Assembly (NCBI GenBank): GCA_039961455.1
Contig: JBDVJN010000097.1
Location: forward strand, 1,049-65,048
From: Cyclobacteriaceae bacterium
GTDB taxonomy: Bacteria; Bacteroidota; Bacteroidia; Cytophagales; Cyclobacteriaceae
Direction: 5' to 3'
Length of the DNA: 64,000 nt
Below are positions 43,988-52,750 of the stretch, piece by piece. The number at the start of each line of letters is the position of its first letter. The stretch's first letter is position 1. The notes under the pieces were generated by a model. It was not told the DNA's origin. It was given only the letters and a program-made list of their open reading frames with translations, and searched no databases. A program made the translations under genes and the position numbers.

Positions 43988-45001
43988 ATGAAAATGAAAA
44001 AGTTTATAATCTCCGCAATTTGGATCGCAGTAGCTTCAATTATTTGGTCTTGTGCAGACGAGTCTGACGCTACCCTTCCGCAGCAAGAAAATTTATTCGC
44101 CGCAAACATTTTACAAAATTCCGGCTCGGCTATGAGCAGAGTTAGAGGTAGTGGATTTGGTGGTCCGCTTGGCGCGATATACGGGAACATTTCCGGAGCT
44201 TCTGGAAGGACTTCAGGGTCTCCTTTGAAAATGATACGAGGCGCCGCGGCGGGACGAGTGGCCACAGACAGCACAGATCAGACTCCTGAGTGCCTGACTG
44301 AAAACTGGGAAGATGATGGAAACGGTAATTACACCTACACGCTGGATTTTGGGGATGGATGTGATTACTTCGGCGAATTTATGAAAGGAAAATTAGTAGA
44401 GACCGGTACTTACTCTGAGAGCAGCTTTTCATCCACTTCCACATATACAGAATTTGGTGGAAATGATTGGTCTATCGACGGCACCTACAGCTATAGTGGA
44501 ACATGGGAAGACACGTCCGATACACAGCCAGCAAATGGCGAGGATTCCATTTTTTCATACAATGCCAGCTACAATTTCGAAGCAGATTTAACAGAACAGT
44601 ATACTGTTTATGGTCATCACGATTCCACTGAAGTTTCAACAGGTGAAACTACCGTAATTGTGGACTATGTTGCCACTGGTTCCGAAAGCATGGATGAGAA
44701 TAGCTACACAGTGAATTCAAGAACAGAAACCACCAGCATGAGTACCGGTGAGTCTTTTTCATCAAAAGTAGATACACCGCTAAAAATGGACTACACGTGT
44801 GAAAATGAAACATGGGTATTCGTCAGCGGAATGGAGTCTGGTAGTTACACCTATGAAGGTGAAACAGGAACTTATTCCATTGATTACGGGGATGGTACAT
44901 GTGATAACCTCATTTCACTCACAGAAAATGGAGTGACAGAGGAAATTGATTTGGGCGATGCCTGGGACGATTGGGAAGAAGAATGCGGCGATAACGGATA
45001 A
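43988..45001 (+). CDS. acidic lipoprotein with two Cys-bracketed repeat modules
   Basis: Lipobox IIWSC, a Gly/Ser linker and two similar modules: C102..C125 (44291-44362) and C271..C305 (44798-44902). Confidence 0.6.
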   Translation: MKMKKFIISAIWIAVASIIWSCADESDATLPQQENLFAANILQNSGSAMSRVRGSGFGGPLGAIYGNISGASGRTSGSPLKMIRGAAAGRVATDSTDQTPECLTENWEDDGNGNYTYTLDFGDGCDYFGEFMKGKLVETGTYSESSFSSTSTYTEFGGNDWSIDGTYSYSGTWEDTSDTQPANGEDSIFSYNASYNFEADLTEQYTVYGHHDSTEVSTGETTVIVDYVATGSESMDENSYTVNSRTETTSMSTGESFSSKVDTPLKMDYTCENETWVFVSGMESGSYTYEGETGTYSIDYGDGTCDNLISLTENGVTEEIDLGDAWDDWEEECGDNG

Positions 45002-45046
45002 GAATACTAAAGCAGAAGTAAGGTTCTCTTAGGTTGGTTAGTTAAT

Positions 45047-45085
45047 AGCCCCGGCTGATTCTATTGCAGCGCCGGGGCTTTTTTT
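45047..45085 (+). terminator. rho-independent terminator
   Basis: AGCCCCGGC (45047-55) / GCCGGGGCT (45071-79), followed by a T-run to 45085. Confidence 0.85.
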
Positions 45086-45275
45086 ATGTTTCACTATCTT
45101 GGTCTATATGAAAGTCAATACAGAAGTATTAAATTCTTGCAGGTACAAGGCCAGAAGCTGCTGAATGTCTTAAATTAGACACAATACTTTTTGCCGGTCA
45201 TCTCTCACCAATGGACCATTAGCTTGGGGTAAAATGAAGACAAAATGTTAAGTATAGTACAATAAATAGACGGCC

Positions 45276-46268
45276 ATGAAGAAGGTAATTATATTCATTT
45301 TCCTCGCTGCAATTTTTGCTGCATCCACTCAAGCTCAGATTAAGTCAGAACTCGTAGACACCACGAAGTACTATGCTTTTCATCTCAATTATTGGTTCAA
45401 CATGCACCATCTTCTGTGGGTAGAATCCTTCATGAATGAAAAAGCTGACAGCACGATTATGACAATAAAACTTGCTAAAAGTGATAGAGCTAAACTTGAC
45501 GCAACACTTGATTATTACAAAGAAAAATTACTCAGCGAAGATCTAAGGTTCAGCGATTACATGCAAAGTTTCAAAAAATGGATCACCGAGGATGGCTCCA
45601 ATTTGACTTCTGTACCTAAGAAGTATAAAGAGCATATCGAGGTATTGAAAGAATTTGATCCGATCTACCAGAAGTACTTCTGGGCAACACACAAAGAAGC
45701 GTGCGAAAGCATTTTAAATAATCATCTGGCACTAATCAAAAATACCGAAGAAGAATTCGTGGAGCGGATCACAACGCTAACCCGGCAGTACTGGCAATTT
45801 GAGACGGAAAAGATCAGGGTAGATCTCTCATATTTTGGGAAATCTACCACTAGAAGCTTTGGGATCAATCCTTACACAACCTTATTTCCTACACATGTTG
45901 TGATGTCTGCTTTCAAGCAAGATCGCGCAAAGGGTAGCTGGTTAGAACTTCTCTACCATGAATCTGCCCATCACTTGATTTTAGAGAATTCTTACTTTGT
46001 AGCTGGCACCATCAAAGATCTCGCACAAGTGGAGAAGTTCAAGATACCAAGACAGCTTTCGCATTCCTATCTGTTCTTCTTTACAGGTCAGATTACTAAG
46101 GAGTTGCTAGAAGAACAGGGTATCGATTACCCACAGATCTACATGGACAGAGAGAAAGTGTTCTACAACTATTTCCCCTTGCTCCAAAAGCATTTAACCC
46201 CCTACATGAATAGAGAGGTAACTCTCACAGAGGCAACACGAAGGTTCATTGCAGATTTCAATGATTAA
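45276..46268 (+). CDS. secreted hypothetical protein with HExxH motif
   Basis: Signal peptide ..STQAQ. LLYHESAHHL is encoded at 45957-45974. No family recognised. Confidence 0.55.
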   Translation: MKKVIIFIFLAAIFAASTQAQIKSELVDTTKYYAFHLNYWFNMHHLLWVESFMNEKADSTIMTIKLAKSDRAKLDATLDYYKEKLLSEDLRFSDYMQSFKKWITEDGSNLTSVPKKYKEHIEVLKEFDPIYQKYFWATHKEACESILNNHLALIKNTEEEFVERITTLTRQYWQFETEKIRVDLSYFGKSTTRSFGINPYTTLFPTHVVMSAFKQDRAKGSWLELLYHESAHHLILENSYFVAGTIKDLAQVEKFKIPRQLSHSYLFFFTGQITKELLEEQGIDYPQIYMDREKVFYNYFPLLQKHLTPYMNREVTLTEATRRFIADFND

Positions 46269-46320
46269 GTAATAACTCTACAACGTCTATTCCATAAACC
46301 AAAGAAAGCCCATTTCTAAT

Positions 46321-46423
46321 CAATTTCTACAAAAACGAAACATATGAATCTTCCTTCTCGTTGAACTGAATTACCTTATCAAATTCGACAAAAACGAAAG
46401 AAATTTGTAACTTCTTCTTGGAA
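46321..46423 (+). promoter_or_regulatory. duplicated leader/control module (box A + box B) of permease paralogue 1
   Basis: ACAAAAACGAAA occurs at 46329-40 and 46388-99. Block 46380-46423 is identical over 44 nt to 49156-49199. Confidence 0.45.
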
Positions 46424-46452
46424 CGTAAGTTTAGCTGTTAGCAGCAGTCATA

Positions 46453-49074
46453 ATGAAAGAGAAACTTCAGCCGCCAAGTTGGATTTACAAACTAGTTGAA
46501 CGCTTTTGTGATCCCTATTTATGGGAGGGTATTAGTGGTGATCTCGAAGAAGTATTTCATGAAAACGTCGAATACAGAGGTATTCACAAAGCTCGTTGGA
46601 TTTACTTATTTCAATCAATGGGTTTTTTGAGAAACACTTTTAGACAAAAAACTAAAACGCTATCAACCATGAGATCCATGTGGCTTAACTATTTCCTTAC
46701 CGCCTATCGTTCACTTCGAAGAAACAAGGCATTCTTCCTCATCAACCTTACTGGATTAATAGTAGCCGTCAGTTGCTCACTATTCGCTTTGATATACATC
46801 AATGACGAAGTTCAGTACGACAAATTTCATACCGACATCGATCAAATTCATCGCCTTTACAAACACTTTAAATATGATGCGGAGGGAGTTGACGAATTAA
46901 CTTTCGAAACTTCTGGTATGATGGGTCCAACAATGGTGGAAGAATACCCGGAGGTAGAATCAGTCGTGCGAATAAACCCAAGGAGTTATCCTGTTATTCT
47001 TTCGTACGAGAAAAAAAATATAGTAACAGAAAAGCTGTTCGTCTCAGATTCCACATTTTTTGATTTCTTCGATTTCAAAGTTATGTCTGGAAGAAAGTCG
47101 GAATTGCTAACCGCCCCTTCCTCCATCGTGCTGAGTAATTCGCTGGCCAAATCCATATTTGGAGACGTAGATCCAATTGGCAAAGTGGTTCTTGGCCTCA
47201 ATGATTTGAATTTCACTGTGACAGGCACTTTTCAGGACCCACCAAGACAATCTTCAATTCAATGTAACGCCGTGGTTTCCTGGACAACAACGGTCGCTGG
47301 CGTGGGACCGGTGAGCTATGGATGGATGAACAATTGGAGAACTCAGGGAATCCACACATTTGTGAAACTTGCTAGGGGAGCTTCGGCGGAAGGGCTTCTG
47401 CAGAAACTGCCTGAAATGATGCAAAAACACATGCCGGAAAGGGCAGACAGATACTTCCTTAAACTACTACCATTCAATAAAATGTACCTGTCCAGCGATG
47501 CAATCAATGCTAAGGAAGGAATGAATTACGGAAGCATAACTTTCTTATTGATATTGGGAGGTTCTGCATTCCTGGTATTTGTCATTGCCAGTGTGAACTA
47601 CATCAACTCGTCACTTTCAAGAGCAGCGCAAACCCAAGTGGAAGTTGGTATCAGAAAAACAATGGGCTCTACTCGAAAACAATTAATGGGGCGCTTTGTC
47701 GCAGAAACTTTAGTGAATGCCTTGGCGGCCTCCATTGTTGGATTAGCACTCCTACTCATATTTCTACCCAGCATAAATACTGTCAGCGGCAAAGAACTCC
47801 CATTAGAATTACTCTACTCGCCTCTAGCTCTTTTTTCCCTCCTCGGATTCATCTTCGGCATTTGTCTGATCGTTGGCGTGTACCCTGCCTTCGTTCTTTC
47901 CTCTCCACCAGTATCATCAATTCTTAAGTCATCTTCTGGACAGGTGGGTTCCACCGGTTGGTTCAGAAAGTCATTGCTAACGCTACAATACTTCATATCC
48001 ATTCTACTGCTCATCTGTACTGCGCTTATTAATCAGCAGACCTACTACATGGAAAACAAGTCGCTCGGATTTGACAAAGAAGGCCTTCTTGTAATCGACA
48101 TCGATAATGAAGTAAACCAAAAAGTGGAGGTATTGGAATCAAAATTATTGAGCCATCCAAACATACTGTCGGTGTCTACCTCCAGTTCTGCAATTGGAGG
48201 TGGATCCTACACCGATTCAGTATATCCTGTGGGATTTACTGGCGAGATGTCTTCTCGATTCTATAAAGTAGATGCTGACTTTTTCGATACTTATGGACTT
48301 GCAGCAAATGTTGGAAGAACATTCATCAAAAATTCAATAGCAGACACAAACAATATAATCGTCAATCAGGCCTGGATAGATTTTGTCGGTTGGGATGATC
48401 CTATTGGAAAAAAAGTGAGGATGAGTGATGAAAACAGTGAAACCTATAATGTGATTGGAGTGGTGAATGATTTCCACATACACTCTTTGGCAACATCAGA
48501 AATTGAGCCCATGATCCTCACGCTGAACACTGGAGAATCATACAATTCCACGGTCCGAATCGGCCAGGGGAATCTTCAAGAGACCATTGACCACATTGAT
48601 GAAACCTGGAGTAGTCTTGCAGATAGAACTCCACTTAATTTCTATTTCGTGGATCAATGGTTCAACGAAAACTATCAGAAAGAGAATCAGCTATTGAAAA
48701 TCGCGAATACCTATTCCACGATCAGCATTATACTATGCGGACTAGGTCTTTTCAGCCTTACGGCACTCCTTCTTCAGCAAAGAACAAAAGAAATTAGCAT
48801 CCGCAAAGTACTTGGTGCTTCCATGACCTCCATACTCTCGCTCATAAACAGACAGTTTGTATTAATCATCCTGGTAAGTTTTGCGGTAGCCACTCCGGTA
48901 GCCTATTTCCTTATATCTAAATGGTTGGATCAATTCTCATATAGCATTTCAATGACCTTGTTCCCATTCCTTTTTTCTGGAATTATTGTTCTACTGGTGA
49001 GCATCCTGATTGTGAGTTTCCTGGCAATCAAATCTGCAAATGTTAATCCTTCGACAAATCTGAGAGCGGAGTAA
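46453..49074 (+). CDS. MacB/FtsX-type permease with N-terminal 'permease prefix' domain
   Basis: Prefix PPSWIYKLVERFCDPYLWEGISGDLEEVF, pre-TM1 motif WLNYFLTAYRSLRRNK, and two FtsX blocks. Confidence 0.85.
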   Translation: MKEKLQPPSWIYKLVERFCDPYLWEGISGDLEEVFHENVEYRGIHKARWIYLFQSMGFLRNTFRQKTKTLSTMRSMWLNYFLTAYRSLRRNKAFFLINLTGLIVAVSCSLFALIYINDEVQYDKFHTDIDQIHRLYKHFKYDAEGVDELTFETSGMMGPTMVEEYPEVESVVRINPRSYPVILSYEKKNIVTEKLFVSDSTFFDFFDFKVMSGRKSELLTAPSSIVLSNSLAKSIFGDVDPIGKVVLGLNDLNFTVTGTFQDPPRQSSIQCNAVVSWTTTVAGVGPVSYGWMNNWRTQGIHTFVKLARGASAEGLLQKLPEMMQKHMPERADRYFLKLLPFNKMYLSSDAINAKEGMNYGSITFLLILGGSAFLVFVIASVNYINSSLSRAAQTQVEVGIRKTMGSTRKQLMGRFVAETLVNALAASIVGLALLLIFLPSINTVSGKELPLELLYSPLALFSLLGFIFGICLIVGVYPAFVLSSPPVSSILKSSSGQVGSTGWFRKSLLTLQYFISILLLICTALINQQTYYMENKSLGFDKEGLLVIDIDNEVNQKVEVLESKLLSHPNILSVSTSSSAIGGGSYTDSVYPVGFTGEMSSRFYKVDADFFDTYGLAANVGRTFIKNSIADTNNIIVNQAWIDFVGWDDPIGKKVRMSDENSETYNVIGVVNDFHIHSLATSEIEPMILTLNTGESYNSTVRIGQGNLQETIDHIDETWSSLADRTPLNFYFVDQWFNENYQKENQLLKIANTYSTISIILCGLGLFSLTALLLQQRTKEISIRKVLGASMTSILSLINRQFVLIILVSFAVATPVAYFLISKWLDQFSYSISMTLFPFLFSGIIVLLVSILIVSFLAIKSANVNPSTNLRAE

Positions 49075-49097
49075 GCAGAAATAACAATCTATAATAT

Positions 49098-49199
49098 CAA
49101 ATTCGACAAAAACGAAACATATAAGTAAAAAAATGCGTAAGATTGCATTGACTTCCAAATTCGACAAAAACGAAAGAAATTTGTAACTTCTTCTTGGAA
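49098..49199 (+). promoter_or_regulatory. duplicated leader/control module (box A + box B) of permease paralogue 2
   Basis: ACAAAAACGAAA occurs at 49106-17 and 49164-75. Block 49156-49199 is identical to 46380-46423. Confidence 0.45.
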
Positions 49200-49221
49200 T
49201 AACAGTTTAGCTGTTTAGCAA

Positions 49222-51840
49222 ATGAAAAAAGAGCTGCAGCCTCCACGGTGGATTTACAACATACTTGAACGATTCTGCGATCCATTTTTATGGGAAGGAA
49301 TTAGTGGGGATCTGTACGAGTCTTTTCTTGAAAATGTCGAAACAAAAGGCAAGTGGAAAGCTCAGATGACATACACACTTCAGTCAATGGGCTTTCTAAG
49401 AATGAAATTCAAGAAGAAAGAAAAAAGACTATCAAATATGAAATCCATTTGGCTCAATTACTTCCTCACAACACTCAGATCAATCAAGAAGCAAAAGGCT
49501 CTTTTTGGCATTAATTTGATTGGACTTATCATGGCTATCTCATGTTCGCTCTTTGCGCTAGTTTACATTAGCGACGAACTACTATTCGACACTCAACTTG
49601 GTGACGCAGATCGCACGTATCGTCTATACAAACGCTACATAAATATTCCGGAGGATGTAGATCACCTGACTTTTGAAACCTCTGGTTTGATGGGACCGAC
49701 AATGCAAGAAGAGTATCCTGAGGTTGAGGAGTCTATGAGAATTTGTCCGTGGTGGCACAAAGTGATCATCTCTTATGACCAGACTAACATCTCCACAGAC
49801 AAGATCTACTTTGTTGATTCTACATTCTTTGACTTCTTTGATTACGAAGTTGTGAAAGGAAACTCGTTAACGATGCTTACAGCGCCATCTTCGATAGCAT
49901 TGAGCGAGTCGTTCGCTAAAAGACTATTTGACGATGAAGATCCAATGGGAAAAGTAGTGGTTGGGTTTGAGGACCTCAACTACACTGTAACCGGCATTTT
50001 CAAGGATCCACCCCGACAATCTTCGTTGCAATTCAATGCGCTGATATCTTGGAGTACCACAGTGCCGGGAGTTGGACCACTGAGATTTCGTTGGATGAAC
50101 AATTGGCTGACGCAAGGAATTTTCACCTTCGTTAAGCTAGCAAAAGACGCTAGCCCAGTTGCACTCACAGAAAAGCTTCCCGAAATGATGAATCGTCATT
50201 TCGAGGAAAGAGGGGATCAATACTTCCTGAAGTTGATGCCTCTTGAAAGAATGTATCTACATGGAGAAAATGTACGTAGCAACCGTGGTATGAAGACGGG
50301 AAGCATAACGTTCGTGTATATGTTAGGATTTTCCGCTTTTCTGATTTTTCTGATTGCCGGAGTCAACTATGTTAACATAGCACTTTCAAGAGCGACCCAG
50401 ACCCGTACGGAAGTGGGTATTCGAAAAGTAATGGGCTCGTCTAGAAAACAACTGATGGGTCGCTTTATCTCGGAGACCTTTTTCAGCACTGTTACCGCAT
50501 CAATTTTGAGTTTGCTAATTGTAGTATTGCTCCTACCGTCGGCAAATATGCTCAGTGGAAAGGAACTGCCAATCGCCGCCTTTTTTCAACCAATAACCTT
50601 TCTCGCTTTGATAGGTTTCGTTGTTGTAATAAGTCTTTTTGTGGGACTTTACCCGGCTTTTGTACTCTCATCTCCACCAATATCAACTATTCTCAAATCT
50701 TCCGGCGGAGTAGTGGGGACAACAGGGTGGTTTCGCAAAGTGCTTTTAACACTCCAGTATGCAATTTCTATTTTTCTTATCATCTGCACAGCCGTAGTCA
50801 TCAGACAAACAGATTTTCTGGATAATAAACCCTTGGGGTTTGATAAGGAGCAGGTGTTGATTTTAGACGTTGACAATGAGGTTGCCAGTAAAATTGATGT
50901 TCTAGAAAATAATCTTCTTAGCCATCCAAATATTTTATCTGTTTCGACTACTCGATCTACCATTGGTGACGGATCCTACAGTACCACGGTATTTCCCGAA
51001 GGATATAATGCTGAGTTGGGAACGCGAATATTTGGAGTTGATCAGGAATTTTTCGAAACCTATGGAGTAGAAGCGATAGCAGGAAGAACGTTTCTAAAAG
51101 GCTCTCGTGCTGACTCAGCCAACATTATTGTAAACAAAGCCATGGTTGATTTCATGGGTTGGGATAATCCAATTGGAAAGCACATACGATTCTCTCCCGA
51201 AAGTGCCCCTCTCCCAATCATAGGTGTTATCAACGATTTTCACATTCATTCTCTGGCTACCGTCGAAATTGAACCAATGATCCTCTATTTGGATCTCTCC
51301 AGACAATGGTATACTGCGGTCAGAATGGGAAATGGAGATCTAAAAGGAACAATGAATCATGTTCAGGATACATGGGATAAGTTAGCAGACCGGACTCCGA
51401 TCAACGCCTTTTTCGCGGACGACTGGTTCAATGAGCAATACGACAAAGAACGAAAGCTGCTAAAGATCTCTTCTCTTTATTCCATGATAAGCATCATTCT
51501 ATGCTGTCTGGGGTTGTTTGGGCTCACAGCACTTCTTCTACAGCAGCGGACCAAAGAGATAAGCATTAGGAAAGTATTAGGTGCTCCCATATCGAGCATT
51601 CTGTCAATGATGAATCGGCAATTCATTATCATCATCATAATCAGTTTTGCCTTGGCTGCTCCGCTATCCTACCTTTTAATCTCAGGCTGGTTGGATCAGT
51701 TTGCATATAAGACGACCTTAAATAGTTTACCATTTATTCTAGCAGGTGGATTAACCCTCCTGCTTAGCATTTTGATCGTGAGCGGATTGTCACTAAGATC
51801 TGCTAACGCAAACCCTTCTGAAAACCTAAATACCGAATGA
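49222..51840 (+). CDS. MacB/FtsX-type permease with N-terminal 'permease prefix' domain (tandem paralogue)
   Basis: Prefix PPRWIYNILERFCDPFLWEGISGDLYESF. By hand count, 41 of the first 60 residues are identical to the upstream paralogue. Confidence 0.85.
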   Translation: MKKELQPPRWIYNILERFCDPFLWEGISGDLYESFLENVETKGKWKAQMTYTLQSMGFLRMKFKKKEKRLSNMKSIWLNYFLTTLRSIKKQKALFGINLIGLIMAISCSLFALVYISDELLFDTQLGDADRTYRLYKRYINIPEDVDHLTFETSGLMGPTMQEEYPEVEESMRICPWWHKVIISYDQTNISTDKIYFVDSTFFDFFDYEVVKGNSLTMLTAPSSIALSESFAKRLFDDEDPMGKVVVGFEDLNYTVTGIFKDPPRQSSLQFNALISWSTTVPGVGPLRFRWMNNWLTQGIFTFVKLAKDASPVALTEKLPEMMNRHFEERGDQYFLKLMPLERMYLHGENVRSNRGMKTGSITFVYMLGFSAFLIFLIAGVNYVNIALSRATQTRTEVGIRKVMGSSRKQLMGRFISETFFSTVTASILSLLIVVLLLPSANMLSGKELPIAAFFQPITFLALIGFVVVISLFVGLYPAFVLSSPPISTILKSSGGVVGTTGWFRKVLLTLQYAISIFLIICTAVVIRQTDFLDNKPLGFDKEQVLILDVDNEVASKIDVLENNLLSHPNILSVSTTRSTIGDGSYSTTVFPEGYNAELGTRIFGVDQEFFETYGVEAIAGRTFLKGSRADSANIIVNKAMVDFMGWDNPIGKHIRFSPESAPLPIIGVINDFHIHSLATVEIEPMILYLDLSRQWYTAVRMGNGDLKGTMNHVQDTWDKLADRTPINAFFADDWFNEQYDKERKLLKISSLYSMISIILCCLGLFGLTALLLQQRTKEISIRKVLGAPISSILSMMNRQFIIIIIISFALAAPLSYLLISGWLDQFAYKTTLNSLPFILAGGLTLLLSILIVSGLSLRSANANPSENLNTE

Positions 51841-51868
51841 TCGGCTTGCCGAGTAAAACTAGATACAT

Positions 51869-52201
51869 ATGAAAGGAACAAATCTTGGTGAACTTGAAGA
51901 ATTGATTCTTCTAGCTACTGCCACACTTTATGATAACGCCTACGGAATTGCCATCCAGAAGGAGATCAAAGCAAAATGTAACAGGTCCATTTCGATCTCT
52001 ACTGTACACGCAGTCCTGGCTCGCTTGGAACAAAAGGGATTCATGGATTCGCGATACGATGGCATGACCCCGGAACGCGGTGGAAGAAGAAAACACCTGT
52101 TTAGGGTGAGTAAATCCGGTCAAAAAGCCCTCCAACATGTCAAAGAACAGCGAGATTCGTTCTGGCAAGGAATTCCTTCCATTGCCTTTGAGAACAGGTA
52201 A
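51869..52201 (+). CDS. PadR-family transcriptional regulator
   Basis: GELEELILLATATLYDNAYGIAIQKEI..ISTVHAVLARLEQKGFMDS..RRKHLFRVSKSG. It starts 28 nt after the permease stop. Confidence 0.9.
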   Translation: MKGTNLGELEELILLATATLYDNAYGIAIQKEIKAKCNRSISISTVHAVLARLEQKGFMDSRYDGMTPERGGRRKHLFRVSKSGQKALQHVKEQRDSFWQGIPSIAFENR

Positions 52202-52288
52202 ATACATGTCAGTCTCCTGACTGTCAGCTCATTCTACTTTTTATTCCAATTATATGTATGTACATTTAATGGAAACACTAACTGAAAA

Positions 52289-52681
52289 ATGGAAAATTCA
52301 AAAGGAATGAGAATCGCAGCTACAGTAGCGCGATATCTACTTGGTCTTATCTTTCTGGTATTTGGACTCAATGGTTTTTTAGAATTCCTACCCGCTCCAA
52401 GTATGGGTCTAAAGGCTGGAGCATTCATGGGCGCACTTGCTAGTACTGGCTATTTCTTTCCAATGGTCAAACTGCTGGAAGTAGTATCTGGAATTATGTT
52501 ATTGACCGGAAAGTACGTTCCTCTTGCCATTGCAATTCTGGGTCCTATTACACTGAATATTTTTATGTTTCATGCCGCACTGGAACCAGGTGGACTGCCA
52601 ATTGCAATCGTCGTGTTTGGTGGAAACATCTTATTAGCGGTGGCAAACAAGGACAAATTCAAAGGAGTTTTTTCTAAATAA
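52289..52681 (+). CDS. small four-TM membrane protein (DoxX-like)
   Basis: 130 aa with four hydrophobic segments. The family call is tentative. Confidence 0.45.
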   Translation: MENSKGMRIAATVARYLLGLIFLVFGLNGFLEFLPAPSMGLKAGAFMGALASTGYFFPMVKLLEVVSGIMLLTGKYVPLAIAILGPITLNIFMFHAALEPGGLPIAIVVFGGNILLAVANKDKFKGVFSK

Positions 52682-52721
52682 GAAAAGAAAGGTTCATTAA
52701 GAACCAGTTTTACGGATTATT

Positions 52722-52750
52722 AAAGCCTGTCGAAAGATGGGCTTTTCTTT
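52722..52750 (+). terminator. rho-independent terminator (GAAA tetraloop)
   Basis: AGCCUGUC-GAAA-GAUGGGCU (two G-U pairs), flanked by AA/UU, then UUCUUUUU. It abuts the ppk1 stop codon. The reverse orientation pairs worse. Confidence 0.6.
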
